Part shown: one piece after another, positions 19,744 through 28,549 of the stretch
How the letters are laid out: each line of letters starts with the position of its first letter
Position numbering within the stretch: the stretch's first letter is position 1
Source: Bdellovibrionota bacterium
Lineage (GTDB): Bacteria; Bdellovibrionota_C; UBA2361; JBGSMV01
Reading direction: 5' to 3'
NCBI GenBank assembly: GCA_041739995.1
Contig: JBGSMV010000058.1
Span: 1-47,690, forward strand
DNA: 47,690 nt
Made by a program: the position numbers and the translations under genes
Notes under the pieces: model-generated
What the model was told of the DNA's origin: nothing
Databases searched by the model: none
The model's input: the letters and a program-made list of their open reading frames with translations, nothing else

Positions 19744-20690
19744 AAATCGTAATACCAGGAGGCACAGGACAAGTCGGAACGGTTTTAGCTAGACACTTTC
19801 ATGCTGAAGGACATGAAGTAGTGGTAATCAGCAGAGGTGCAAAACCAGCACCATGGAAAGTCGTGAAATGGGATGGGCAGACTTTAGGTGCTTGGGTCAA
19901 TGAGCTTGAAGGTGCTGATGTGCTTATTAATCTCACAGGTCGTATCGTCAATTGTCGATATAACTACAAGAATCGATGTGAAATCTGGGCTTCACGCTCT
20001 CGCTCAGTGCGAATACTTGGAAAGGCTTTAGAAACACTCAAGCTTCCGCCGCGTGTTTGGCTTCAAGCTGGAACCGCAACGATATACGCCCACCGTTTTG
20101 ATGCACCCAATGATGAATCCACTGGCATTATAGGTGGAACCGAAGACAGTTCACCTGATAAGTGGCGTTTCAGTATTGATGTTGCCCGCGCCTGGGAGGG
20201 TGAATTTGCGCTCATTGAAGCTCCAAAAACCAGAAAGGTAATTCTGCGCTCTGCCATGACTATGAGTCATGATCGTGACGGTATTTTTGATTATCTTCTT
20301 TGGCTAGTGCGCGTGGGCATCGGGGGTGCAGCAGGATCAGGAAAACAATATATCTCATGGATACATTATCTTGATTTCATAAATGCCATACAGTTCATAA
20401 TTGACAATGAGCAAATTTCGGGCGCAATCAATCTTGCTTCTCCAAACCCATTACCAAATAAAGACTTTATGGGTCAGTTAAGAAAAGCTTGGGGACAAAA
20501 GCTCGCATTCCCAGTCTATCAATGGATGCTTGAAATCGGAGCAATCTTTCTTCGCACTGAAAGTGAATTGGTATTAAAGAGCAGGCGTGTCGTTCCTGGA
20601 CGCTTGATTAATGCTGGTTTTAAGTTTCAATACGGCGATTGGTCTTCTGCTTCAATAGATCTCTGCGAACGATGGAAAAAGCAGGGATGA
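19740..20690 (+). CDS. TIGR01777 family NAD-dependent epimerase/oxidoreductase
   Basis: MKIVIPGGTGQVG, INLTG, GSGKQYISWIH, VVPGRL..GFKFQY. Confidence 0.9.
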   Translation: MKIVIPGGTGQVGTVLARHFHAEGHEVVVISRGAKPAPWKVVKWDGQTLGAWVNELEGADVLINLTGRIVNCRYNYKNRCEIWASRSRSVRILGKALETLKLPPRVWLQAGTATIYAHRFDAPNDESTGIIGGTEDSSPDKWRFSIDVARAWEGEFALIEAPKTRKVILRSAMTMSHDRDGIFDYLLWLVRVGIGGAAGSGKQYISWIHYLDFINAIQFIIDNEQISGAINLASPNPLPNKDFMGQLRKAWGQKLAFPVYQWMLEIGAIFLRTESELVLKSRRVVPGRLINAGFKFQYGDWSSASIDLCERWKKQG

Positions 20691-20691
20691 T

Positions 20692-21168
20692 ATGTTGCGG
20701 TGGATGCTCACATTAAAAATACCCGCTTTGTTCGCATACCTTTGTTTTTGCGTTCTAATTTCAGCCTTTGCGCTCGGTTCATTTAGAAAGATTGTTCAGG
20801 AATATCTCAGTACTACTTACGACTACCGCACTGAGGGAATCCTGGTATTGGGGCAAGTGGCATTCCAGTGGTTGTTTATGGGCAAGGCATCTTGGTCTAA
20901 GCGAAAAGTATATGCGATTATCGCACTCACTGTTTCAATGATCGGCTCTTTATTGCTACTTCCGCTGATCGCTTACCAAAGTTTCTTCTCGATCTCTTCT
21001 GTCTGGGCGGCTGTTTACTTCTTTACTGTGGTGGGAGTAATTTTTGTAATTCACCACAGCCTAATAGTACGAAAGCAACTGCCAGCGATACTGACCTATA
21101 CCTGGGTGCTTTATCGTCTACTGCTTCTGATCTACTTGGTTTTTCCACGCCAAGGTCGTTATGGATAA
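20692..21168 (+). CDS. Hypothetical multi-pass membrane protein
   Basis: About five hydrophobic segments; tightly coupled to neighbouring genes. Confidence 0.75.
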   Translation: MLRWMLTLKIPALFAYLCFCVLISAFALGSFRKIVQEYLSTTYDYRTEGILVLGQVAFQWLFMGKASWSKRKVYAIIALTVSMIGSLLLLPLIAYQSFFSISSVWAAVYFFTVVGVIFVIHHSLIVRKQLPAILTYTWVLYRLLLLIYLVFPRQGRYG

Positions 21169-21568
21169 TCAACATGCGCAGCATAGGGTCGGCAAGTCGG
21201 GGTTAGTGATTTTTGATGGATCGTGTGGTGCATGTTCAGCTTTTATCGGCGGGAAAAAGGAGTTTTTTGAAAAATATGGGTTTTCGGTAGTACCGCTTCA
21301 GGAGCCCTGGGTGAAGGAAATTTCAAACTTAAATGAGGAAACTTTACTTCAAGCAATTCATCTTTACACACCAGAGGGTGAGATTGTTCGTGGAGCCGAC
21401 TTCTTTCAGCGAGTTGCTAGTAAAGTCTGGTGGCTGGCACCCGTTAATTTGCTCTTGCATGTTCCTATTCTGAAGCGCTTCTTTGCTGTTATTTATGATG
21501 AAGTAGCAAGGCGCAGACGGCTAATTTCTCGGCTCTGTGGATTACAATCAAGAGCGCTTTACAAGTAA
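21161..21568 (+). CDS. DCC1-like (DUF393) thiol-disulfide oxidoreductase
   Basis: VIFDGSCGAC (DxxCxxC), Y..VARRR. Confidence 0.85.
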   Translation: MDNQHAQHRVGKSGLVIFDGSCGACSAFIGGKKEFFEKYGFSVVPLQEPWVKEISNLNEETLLQAIHLYTPEGEIVRGADFFQRVASKVWWLAPVNLLLHVPILKRFFAVIYDEVARRRRLISRLCGLQSRALYK

Positions 21569-21599
21569 TTCGAAGCCAGTAGGGTAGCATTTCTCTAGC

Positions 21600-21706
21600 T
21601 TTCAGGAGCTTTCTAAATTACCCCAAAATTGGATGCAAAAAGAATGAACGATTTCATGAAGCCCAATAAAAATGCGGGTTTCAGCGGGTGCAGATGCACC
21701 ACCCCA
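21600..21706 (+). repeat. att-like site 1
   Basis: tttcaggagctttctaaatt..aaattggatgcaaaaagaatgaacgatttc..caataaaaatgcgggtttc..agatgcaCCACCCCA. Confidence 0.85.
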
Positions 21707-21807
21707 CCTTCGCGCTGCGCGCTTCGGCGGGGTAAACCCACTTCGCTTCGTGCAGCGCGAAGGTGGCTCCGACGAAGCCCTTCAGGGCGAAGTCGAGCGG
21801 GCAAGCC
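21699..21807 (+). repeat. 109-bp direct repeat copy 2
   Basis: Identical to 18198-18306. Confidence 0.95.
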
Positions 21808-22003
21808 CATCTCGCCAATCGAAAATGTTGTTTACTCAATAGGGCGAAGTTGGCTCCGACAGCTTGCTCCGCCGAAGCTTTAGCGAAGGCGAGAAGTCAG
21901 CTTTAGCTGACGAAGTCGAGCACGAATCAGCAATAATTCAATTTTAAACAGGAAACTTTTCCTCTGAATCTCCGATTAATTAATTGGAGATTCAAATGCA
22001 TTA

Positions 22004-22058
22004 TTCATTGAAACCCAATAAAAATGCGGGTTTCAGCGGGTGAAGATACACCACCCCA
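22004..22058 (+). repeat. att-like site 2 (5'-truncated)
   Basis: cccaataaaaatgcgggtttcagcgggtg is identical to site 1; ends in CCACCCCA at 22051-22058. Confidence 0.85.
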
Positions 22059-22068
22059 CAACACTTCT

Positions 22069-22106
22069 GACATTTCAAGAAACTTCTAATGATTTCTTGA
22101 AATGTC
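22069..22106. terminator. 14-bp inverted repeat just after the core and downstream of the Fic gene
   Basis: gacatttcaagaaa-N10-tttcttgaaatgtc; could be a terminator or a protein-binding site. Confidence 0.5.
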
Positions 22107-22119
22107 CTCCTTTACAAAC

Positions 22120-23034
22120 TCATTTTTTGAGACTGCTGAGATAGTCGGAGATCGATTTTTCTGTCGCCAACCAGTTGCGAGCCTTCTTGTGTGCGTCAAT
22201 TTTTCCTTGTCGGGCTAGCAAACTTAAATACTCCTGTGAGTAGGGAAATTTCTTGGCAAGAACAGATAACGGAACGTATTCGTTGTTTCCTAGTGCACCA
22301 CTACTCTCAAGATATAAATCCAGTGAACGTTCCAACGCCTGAGCAATGAGCAGGATGAAGTCTTTATACTCTCCTTTGTTTGCCTGGTTGAGTGAGCGAT
22401 AATACTGTTTTCTGTTGTTCTTCAAGATGATAGCTGGCGGGTAACCAAATTTCATAAATAGAAGATTCATCAATAATCGGGCAGTTCTCCCGTTCCCGTC
22501 GAAGAACGGATGTATCCAAACAAACCTATGATGAAATCTTGCTATAAGCTCAACATGATCAAGCTTATCAGGGTTCTTGTTCGTATAAGTTACCAGCTCC
22601 TTCATTAACGAACTTACCTTTACAAAATTAGGAGGAATGAAGTTCGCCCCAAGTATGCGAACCTGCCCGTTCCTATACCTGCCTGCAAACTCAGATTCTA
22701 TATTTTCTAGAACTAGCCTATGAACGCCAAAGATATCTTTCTCATTCAGAACGTATTTGGATCTAGCCAGTTCTTCGACAAAATAGATTGCCTTCTCATG
22801 GTTCTTTGCTTCAAAGTGTTCACGAAGATTTCTTCCCTTTATAGTGATGCCCTGCTCAAGAACTAATCTAGTTTCCTGCAAGGTGAGGGTGTTGCCTTCA
22901 ATAGCATTCGAATTATAGGTCCACTCGATAGCCAGCTCAGATTTAAGCCGTTTCAATGCGGCTTGGGGGAGTGGTCGCAGCTTTGCAAGCTGCTTTTTCT
23001 TAGTCTCTATTCTTTCAAGTATTTTTTGTGCCAT
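22120..23034 (-). CDS. Fic family protein with C-terminal HTH
   Basis: Canonical HPFFDGNGRTAR, N-terminal inhibitory SNAIEGN, C-terminal YSQEYLSLLARQGKI. Confidence 0.93.
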   Translation of the reverse strand: MAQKILERIETKKKQLAKLRPLPQAALKRLKSELAIEWTYNSNAIEGNTLTLQETRLVLEQGITIKGRNLREHFEAKNHEKAIYFVEELARSKYVLNEKDIFGVHRLVLENIESEFAGRYRNGQVRILGANFIPPNFVKVSSLMKELVTYTNKNPDKLDHVELIARFHHRFVWIHPFFDGNGRTARLLMNLLFMKFGYPPAIILKNNRKQYYRSLNQANKGEYKDFILLIAQALERSLDLYLESSGALGNNEYVPLSVLAKKFPYSQEYLSLLARQGKIDAHKKARNWLATEKSISDYLSSLKK

Positions 23035-23067
23035 ATCGGATAGGTTTAATATTATACCTATCCGATA
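23034..23067. promoter_or_regulatory. Perfect 12-bp inverted repeat at the Fic start (putative autoregulatory operator)
   Basis: tatcggataggt-N10-acctatccgata. Confidence 0.65.
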
Positions 23068-23090
23068 CTAATGGCAAGTCATCTATAAAT

Positions 23091-23192
23091 TAGGAGCTTT
23101 CAGAATTACCTGAAAATTGGGTGCAAAATGGATGCACGGTTTTATAAAACCAAAAAATCAAGGGTTTTAAGGTGCTCAGATACTCCACACCA
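23091..23192 (+). repeat. att-like site 3
   Basis: aggagctttc.gaattacc..aaaattgggtgcaaaatggatgcacg..aaaaaatcaagggtttt..cagatactCCACACCA. Confidence 0.8.
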
Positions 23193-23209
23193 TTACGAAA
23201 TTTTCGAAG

Positions 23210-24520
23210 TTAATGATGATGCTCGTGCTTTTGTATTGTGGGAGCGTCTTTACGTCCACTTTGTGTGATACCGAGATCCCTCTGGAGTTCAGCGTTTGTA
23301 GCTGAAATGGCAACGGTTCCCTCTGGGTTTTTATACCACCCCGGATCATTGTACGCAGTGATTCCCTCTCTGACTTTGAGCATGGTGAACATTCCACCCA
23401 TTTCAATGTAGCTGAAAGGTCCCGGTGCTCCGAGCATAGGAATACTATTTTTAGGTATGTCCATATGCTGCATGTGTTCTGGATGACCTCCCATCCCCGT
23501 TTCGCCCATCATCATGTAGTCGGGTAGTAACTTTTTTATCTTTGCATCAAGATCGCCTCGTTCGACCCCAATCATGTTCGGTAAGCCATGTCCCATCTGA
23601 TTCATAGTATGGTGAGTCATGTGACAATGAAGTGCCCAATCTCCCGGTTCATTCGCAACGAATTCAACCGATCTTGTAGTTCCGACTGGTGTTAAAACTG
23701 TAGTTTCTGGTTGCTGCGCTGATTCTGGAACTTGCCCGCCGTCTGTCTCAGTAATCTTGAATTGATATCCATGAAGGTGGATTGGGTGATGGCTCATCGC
23801 GCTCAAGTTCGCAACACGAATACGAACTCTATCGCCTAACTTGGCAACCAGCGGCTCAGTTGCAGGAAATGCTTTCCCGTTGAATGTAAGAAGATTGAAC
23901 TCAACCATCTCCATTGGGTCAGGGCGGCTAGTGCCAGGCTCGATCTTCCACTCGCCTAGCATTAAAGCAAAATCTCTATCGATTCTTGGTTCCTTACGTT
24001 CCTTAGGATGGATAATGAATATCCCAGTTGTACCTATTCCGACCTGAGTCATCTCGTCAAAATGCGAATGGTACATGTGAGTCCCGTGTTGCCGAAGAGT
24101 GAATTCATACTTGAACGTGTCGCCTGGTTCGATGGGACTTTGATTCAATCCGGAGACGCCATCCATACCGTTTGGTAGCAAGATGCCGTGCCAATGGACT
24201 GAGGTCGGCTCTGGCAGTTTGTTCGTGACATAGATTCTCACTCTGTCGCCTTCGACGACTTCTATGGTCGGACCAGGCAGATGTCCGTTATACCCCCATA
24301 CCTTTGCTTTGAGTCCCGGTGCGAACTCGTGCTCAAATTCCTCAGCCACAAGATGAAAAACCTTTGTACCATCTACCCTTCGCCAAGGTAATTTCGTGCC
24401 GTTTGGTACAACAACCGGCGTGTAACGGTCATCCTTGCCGTCAAATTTCACCTCGGCGCTTAAGGGAGATCCGAATAGAATGAGGAGTGCCGATATGAAA
24501 AGGAATGTTGCATGTTTCAT
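23210..24520 (-). CDS. Multicopper oxidase (copper resistance)
   Basis: HWHG, MYHSH, HPIHLHG, HCHMTHH; Met/His-rich tail; signal peptide. Confidence 0.93.
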   Translation of the reverse strand: MKHATFLFISALLILFGSPLSAEVKFDGKDDRYTPVVVPNGTKLPWRRVDGTKVFHLVAEEFEHEFAPGLKAKVWGYNGHLPGPTIEVVEGDRVRIYVTNKLPEPTSVHWHGILLPNGMDGVSGLNQSPIEPGDTFKYEFTLRQHGTHMYHSHFDEMTQVGIGTTGIFIIHPKERKEPRIDRDFALMLGEWKIEPGTSRPDPMEMVEFNLLTFNGKAFPATEPLVAKLGDRVRIRVANLSAMSHHPIHLHGYQFKITETDGGQVPESAQQPETTVLTPVGTTRSVEFVANEPGDWALHCHMTHHTMNQMGHGLPNMIGVERGDLDAKIKKLLPDYMMMGETGMGGHPEHMQHMDIPKNSIPMLGAPGPFSYIEMGGMFTMLKVREGITAYNDPGWYKNPEGTVAISATNAELQRDLGITQSGRKDAPTIQKHEHHH

Positions 24521-24522
24521 TA

Positions 24523-25884
24523 TTAAATTGCCTCCTGTTCTACTTCCGAAGGCATTATGCCATTGCGCATAGATTCAAGTTCGGTATGCAAAAGCCAGTA
24601 GCTCTTCAACGTAGAAATGTAGTCCTTGCCCGTTTCTATTTGTTTGTGTTTTGCCTCGAGGAGTTGGAACGCGCCCACCAGCATAGCGTTGTATTGTTTC
24701 TGCGTTTCCGAGACGAGCTTGGCTTGTAAGGGTAGTAAGTTTTTTTTATATCCGGTTAAACGAGACTCGACAAGTTTGACCCTTTTCAGAAGCGACCGTG
24801 TGCGGGCTTGAATCTTAGTCTGCAAATCAATCGCTAGATCGTATTGCTGTTGCAATGCTGCATTTGCCCGAAATATCTCTGTCTGACCTTGGCTAAAAAA
24901 TGGAAGCGGAAGACTGAAAGCCGGACCAAAGCCCCATTTGCCTTCACCTTCTTTTGCACCTGATACTCCGAGTTCTGAATCCCCAAATATTCTATATTGT
25001 TCTGCCGCATCTAAAGAACTCGATAGAGTGAGAAGTCTTTGTCGTGCTTTAGCTAGTGCAAGGTTGTTAGTGATAGCGTCTTTTTCGATCTGGTTAAATT
25101 GTTCGACCGAAGTCTTCACCTCAGGTAGGCGCTTATGAGCGTTCCAATTTGTCTGCTGAACTTCCAAGCCTAGAAGCGAATTTAGCTCCTCCCGTGCTGC
25201 CGCAAGCTCTTCCTCGTGGATAGTGATCTCAATCTTCAAAGATTCATAATTTGATTGCTCCTGTGCAAGATCCAGATCAGTTATGTTCCCAGCGTTATGA
25301 AGCCTAGTGGCTAAATCTTTTGAAGCCTCAAGAGCAATTAAGGCTGTCTTTGACATTTCAAGTAATTGCTCGGATGCCTGGTATTCAAAGAAAGCTCTTC
25401 TCACATTGTAAGCCAGAGACAATGCTTTCTCGACAACATCGAGCTTGGCTTCCTCGAACTCAGACTGTGCGATCTTTTCTCGGAGTGGAATTTCAAATAC
25501 CTTTATAAAGCTCTGGACGATTGACAGCTCTAAATTTGGTCCGTCACTCGGGAAGCGGATTTCGCCACTAAAAATCGGATTGGGGAAAAGACCAGCTTGC
25601 ACAAGATCAGCTTGCGCAATTCCTAGCTGCTGATAAGTGGCTTGCAGTCGTTTGTTGTTCAATAGAGCAATCTGAGTTGCGCTGTCCGCTGTAAGATCAT
25701 TTGAAAGCAGCTTCGCAATCTCTTGTTCAACTTTCTGGTCTTCTTCCGTTCCCGTTTTCCAATAGAGGTTTTGCCCAGTTCGGGAAGAAAACGTTTCGTT
25801 TACTTCATTAAAACCCAACTGATGTGTGAACGTGGCACAACCTGACAAGGTTAGAAGTAAGGTAATCGAAATGAATCGTCTCAT
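24523..25884 (-). CDS. TolC/CzcC-like outer membrane efflux lipoprotein
   Basis: Lipobox LSGC, ADLVQAGLFPNP, helical repeats, YNAMLVGAFQLL. Confidence 0.88.
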   Translation of the reverse strand: MRRFISITLLLTLSGCATFTHQLGFNEVNETFSSRTGQNLYWKTGTEEDQKVEQEIAKLLSNDLTADSATQIALLNNKRLQATYQQLGIAQADLVQAGLFPNPIFSGEIRFPSDGPNLELSIVQSFIKVFEIPLREKIAQSEFEEAKLDVVEKALSLAYNVRRAFFEYQASEQLLEMSKTALIALEASKDLATRLHNAGNITDLDLAQEQSNYESLKIEITIHEEELAAAREELNSLLGLEVQQTNWNAHKRLPEVKTSVEQFNQIEKDAITNNLALAKARQRLLTLSSSLDAAEQYRIFGDSELGVSGAKEGEGKWGFGPAFSLPLPFFSQGQTEIFRANAALQQQYDLAIDLQTKIQARTRSLLKRVKLVESRLTGYKKNLLPLQAKLVSETQKQYNAMLVGAFQLLEAKHKQIETGKDYISTLKSYWLLHTELESMRNGIMPSEVEQEAI

Positions 25885-26615
25885 GTTAAAAGCTGCATTT
25901 GATGAATAATCATTGTGAATGCCATTAGCCCCATCGTTACATCTTCGACCAAGGTTACTTTGGTCATGGGAAGTTTAAGTGCAGTGCCGAGACATGCACA
26001 TTGAAACTTTCGTTTCGTCTTTAGCGCCTGAAGCACACCGACTGAACCAACTGACATTAAAATTAACGTGGCAATGTTAGTTGTAAGTGGTGCGAATCCA
26101 ATGAAATAAGCAATTCCCAAGAGCAGTTCGATGAACGGGTAAGAAAGCCCATAGCGGCGGCTACGTGACGCAATAATGTCATATGTTGCGTAGGCATCAG
26201 CAAAACCAGAAAGATTTAGGAGTTTGAAGAGCGAGAAGACAACGAAGAAACCACCCATGAAGTTATTCATAAGTGAAGTGAAAGAATAGTCGTCGGCAAT
26301 CCAGGCACGAAGAAACACACCGCCAACTATGTATGACAATATCACGAAAAGTGGTGTTAACTTCTCATCGTTCGAATCACTTGGAATTTCAGTCGGCGAT
26401 CGGTGCGCTGACAGCTCCGATTTCCTAACTTTATATTCTCCTACTGTTGAGATAATTGCCTGTAGTGCGTCACTGGTAATTGAATTTGACACGAACTTCA
26501 CCCTAGGGGGTGAAAGTGTGACAGTCGCGTCAGAAAATCCTGCGGCTTTCAGCGCCTGATCTATCTTAGTGACGCAGCTACCGCACCTCATTCCTTCAAT
26601 ATTAAATTCACTCAT
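25881..26615 (-). CDS. HMA domain plus MauE/DoxX-like membrane protein
   Basis: EGMRCGSCV (GMxCxxC), FADAYATYDII, FQCACLG. Start MSEF at 26615 with GGAGAG RBS. Confidence 0.85.
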   Translation of the reverse strand: MSEFNIEGMRCGSCVTKIDQALKAAGFSDATVTLSPPRVKFVSNSITSDALQAIISTVGEYKVRKSELSAHRSPTEIPSDSNDEKLTPLFVILSYIVGGVFLRAWIADDYSFTSLMNNFMGGFFVVFSLFKLLNLSGFADAYATYDIIASRSRRYGLSYPFIELLLGIAYFIGFAPLTTNIATLILMSVGSVGVLQALKTKRKFQCACLGTALKLPMTKVTLVEDVTMGLMAFTMIIHQMQLLT

Positions 26616-26630
26616 AATAACTCTCCATAC

Positions 26631-26660
26631 TTGACACCATATACCCATGGGGGGTATAAT
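26631..26660 (+). promoter_or_regulatory. Consensus sigma70 promoter containing a CsoR-type operator
   Basis: TTGACA (26631)-N18-TATAAT (26655); ATACCC-ATGGG-GGGTAT C/G-tract palindrome at 26641-26657. Confidence 0.8.
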
Positions 26661-26701
26661 GCAATAGATAAAGTTGAACTTTTGGAAATTCAAGGTGGAA
26701 A

Positions 26702-27019
26702 ATGGCTAAGAACGAATTGGCGGCATGTTGTGGTGAATTGGCTTCAACACAATCGCATCCTGATCATTCAAAGGAGCTGCATAGAATTAACCGTATTTCG
26801 GGGCAGCTCGAAGGGGTAAAACGAATGATTTCAGAGCGTGAATACTGCCCCAAAATCATCACACAAATTCAGGCAGTGAGAGCTGCTTTGAAGTCTCTAG
26901 AGTCCGTAGTACTGGAGAAGCATTTAGCCATGTGCATTAAAGATGCTTTGGCTTCTAAGGACGAGAGGGAGGCGAACAGAAAGATGGAAGAGCTAATGGA
27001 GGTTTTCCGCCGAAGCTAA
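26702..27019 (+). CDS. csoR: CsoR/RcnR family metal-sensing repressor
   Basis: RINRISGQLEGVKRMI..YC..I.TQI.AV.AAL..HLAMC. Confidence 0.9.
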   Translation: MAKNELAACCGELASTQSHPDHSKELHRINRISGQLEGVKRMISEREYCPKIITQIQAVRAALKSLESVVLEKHLAMCIKDALASKDEREANRKMEELMEVFRRS

Positions 27020-27046
27020 CTATTCCAAAAATGTCTCTTGGTTGAA

Positions 27047-27152
27047 TTTCAGGAGCTTTCTAAATTCCCTCCAAATTGGATGCAAAAAGGATGCACGATT
27101 TCACGAAACTCAATAAAAACGGGGGTTCTGAGAGGTTCAGATACTCACCCCA
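27047..27152 (+). repeat. att-like site 4
   Basis: tttcaggagctttctaaatt..aaattggatgcaaaaaggatgcacgatttc..caataaaaacgggggttc..cagatactCACCCCA. Confidence 0.85.
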
Positions 27153-27330
27153 GTGTTATTCGTCCGCGGGGGCGTTTCGCCCACTTCGTTCGCTCAACGT
27201 AGCGTGGGCAGTATGGTGGCTGCGGGGAGCATAGTGAGCCTCGGGCCTTCGCGAAGCTGAGTGACTGGCGCCTCTGCTTAGATCTGAGTCCAGCAGGAGT
27301 CGCCAGTGCTGAGCACTCATATAATTGACT

Positions 27331-28140
27331 TCACTTCTCTCCGTAAACGGTGATGCTTGAGAGTGCAGCTCCTTGTTGAGTGAATGCGTCAATCTCTGAA
27401 GGTGAAAGATACTGAGACAATACGCCTGTCGGCAGAGTAATCGACTTTGAGATTTTCACCTCGATATTCTTGAAGCCTGAATCCTTGAGTAGTCCCAGAT
27501 ATTCGGTCCTTTCAATCGCACCTGACACGCAGCCGGCATACATTTCAGCAGCTTGCCTTATGCCCTCGGGCAACTGGCGTTCAAGCACAATATCGGAGAT
27601 TGAGAAATGCCCGCCAACGGCCAAGACCCGGTGCATCTCCTTGAATGCGAGCTTTTTGTCTGGAACCAAATTCAGAACGCAATTGCTGATTACTACGTCA
27701 ATCGAATCAGCATCAATCGGCATATCTTCAATATCACCGAGCTGAAACTCCACATTGGTGAAGCCTAGTTTTTTGGCATTCAGTCTAGCTTTCTCGATCA
27801 TTGGTTCTGTTATATCCAGACCGATTACTTTACCCGATTCTCCAACAATCGCCCTTGCTACAAAGGCATCGTTACCAGCGCCGGAACCAAGATCGAGCAC
27901 CATATCACCAGCTTTAATGCCAGCAACTTCGGTCGGCACACCACAGCCGAGTTTCAAATCAGCATCCCTGTTGTAACCTTTAAGTTGAGTATAGTCGTCG
28001 TTGAAGCAGGTCAAGTCATGTGGTTCACCGCCGCAACTTTGGGTTCCGCAACAGGTTGAGCTACCCAACTCCTCAAGAGACTTCGTTGCAATTTCGCCAT
28101 ATTTCTCTTTCACTATCGATTTTAGATTTTCATTTTCCAT
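27331..28140 (-). CDS. arsM: Arsenite methyltransferase
   Basis: VKEKYGEIA, CCG, LGCGVP, LDLGSGAGND, VVISNCVLNLVPDK, YAGCVSGA. Confidence 0.93.
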   Translation of the reverse strand: MENENLKSIVKEKYGEIATKSLEELGSSTCCGTQSCGGEPHDLTCFNDDYTQLKGYNRDADLKLGCGVPTEVAGIKAGDMVLDLGSGAGNDAFVARAIVGESGKVIGLDITEPMIEKARLNAKKLGFTNVEFQLGDIEDMPIDADSIDVVISNCVLNLVPDKKLAFKEMHRVLAVGGHFSISDIVLERQLPEGIRQAAEMYAGCVSGAIERTEYLGLLKDSGFKNIEVKISKSITLPTGVLSQYLSPSEIDAFTQQGAALSSITVYGEK

Positions 28141-28197
28141 AACGTCTCTTAGTCCTTCTATAAAAATAGGGCTTCATTCAAACGAACTAAGTGCAGC

Positions 28198-28542
28198 TCA
28201 GGACGGGCAACACTTCCTTGATTTAAGACTTTTCCCTAGCAGCTTGAATAAGTTGGTTGATAACTTCTGAAATTCATTAATTGCCTCAGCATCAAGGCAG
28301 TAACAGGACTTAAGCCCTTCAATTTCACCTGTGATGAGCCCCGCGTCCTTAAGCTCCTTCAAGTGTTGAGAAACTGTTGATTGAGCAAGCGGAAGCACTT
28401 CTACGATCTCACCACAGATGCAGCTTTCTTTCTTGGAGAGTGTTTCTAGAATGGCAAGACGCGCAGGATGAGACAGGGCTTTCGCGTACCGTGCTAAAGC
28501 GGTGAGGCGGGAGTCGAATTCGTTCTTCTTTGATTGTGCCAT
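28198..28542 (-). CDS. arsR: ArsR/SmtB family regulator
   Basis: KALSHPARL, CICGEIV, QSTVSQHLKELK, C-terminal CC. Confidence 0.92.
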   Translation of the reverse strand: MAQSKKNEFDSRLTALARYAKALSHPARLAILETLSKKESCICGEIVEVLPLAQSTVSQHLKELKDAGLITGEIEGLKSCYCLDAEAINEFQKLSTNLFKLLGKSLKSRKCCPS

Positions 28543-28549
28543 ATGCCCT

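Noticed and set aside
21613..21883. ORFs 21629-21883 (+), 21613-21810 (-) and 18088-18342 (-)
   Set aside because: They are translations of the GC-rich hairpin repeat and att-like site, with no protein features.
25881..26693. Upstream start at 26693 for the HMA protein
   Set aside because: The extension overlaps the promoter and operator. The ATG at 26615 has an RBS and begins the HMA fold.
18198..27152. CRISPR array or classical integron
   Set aside because: Repeats are about 105 bp, non-palindromic and kilobases apart. No cas or intI gene is present and there is no RYYYAAC..GTTRRRY attC structure.
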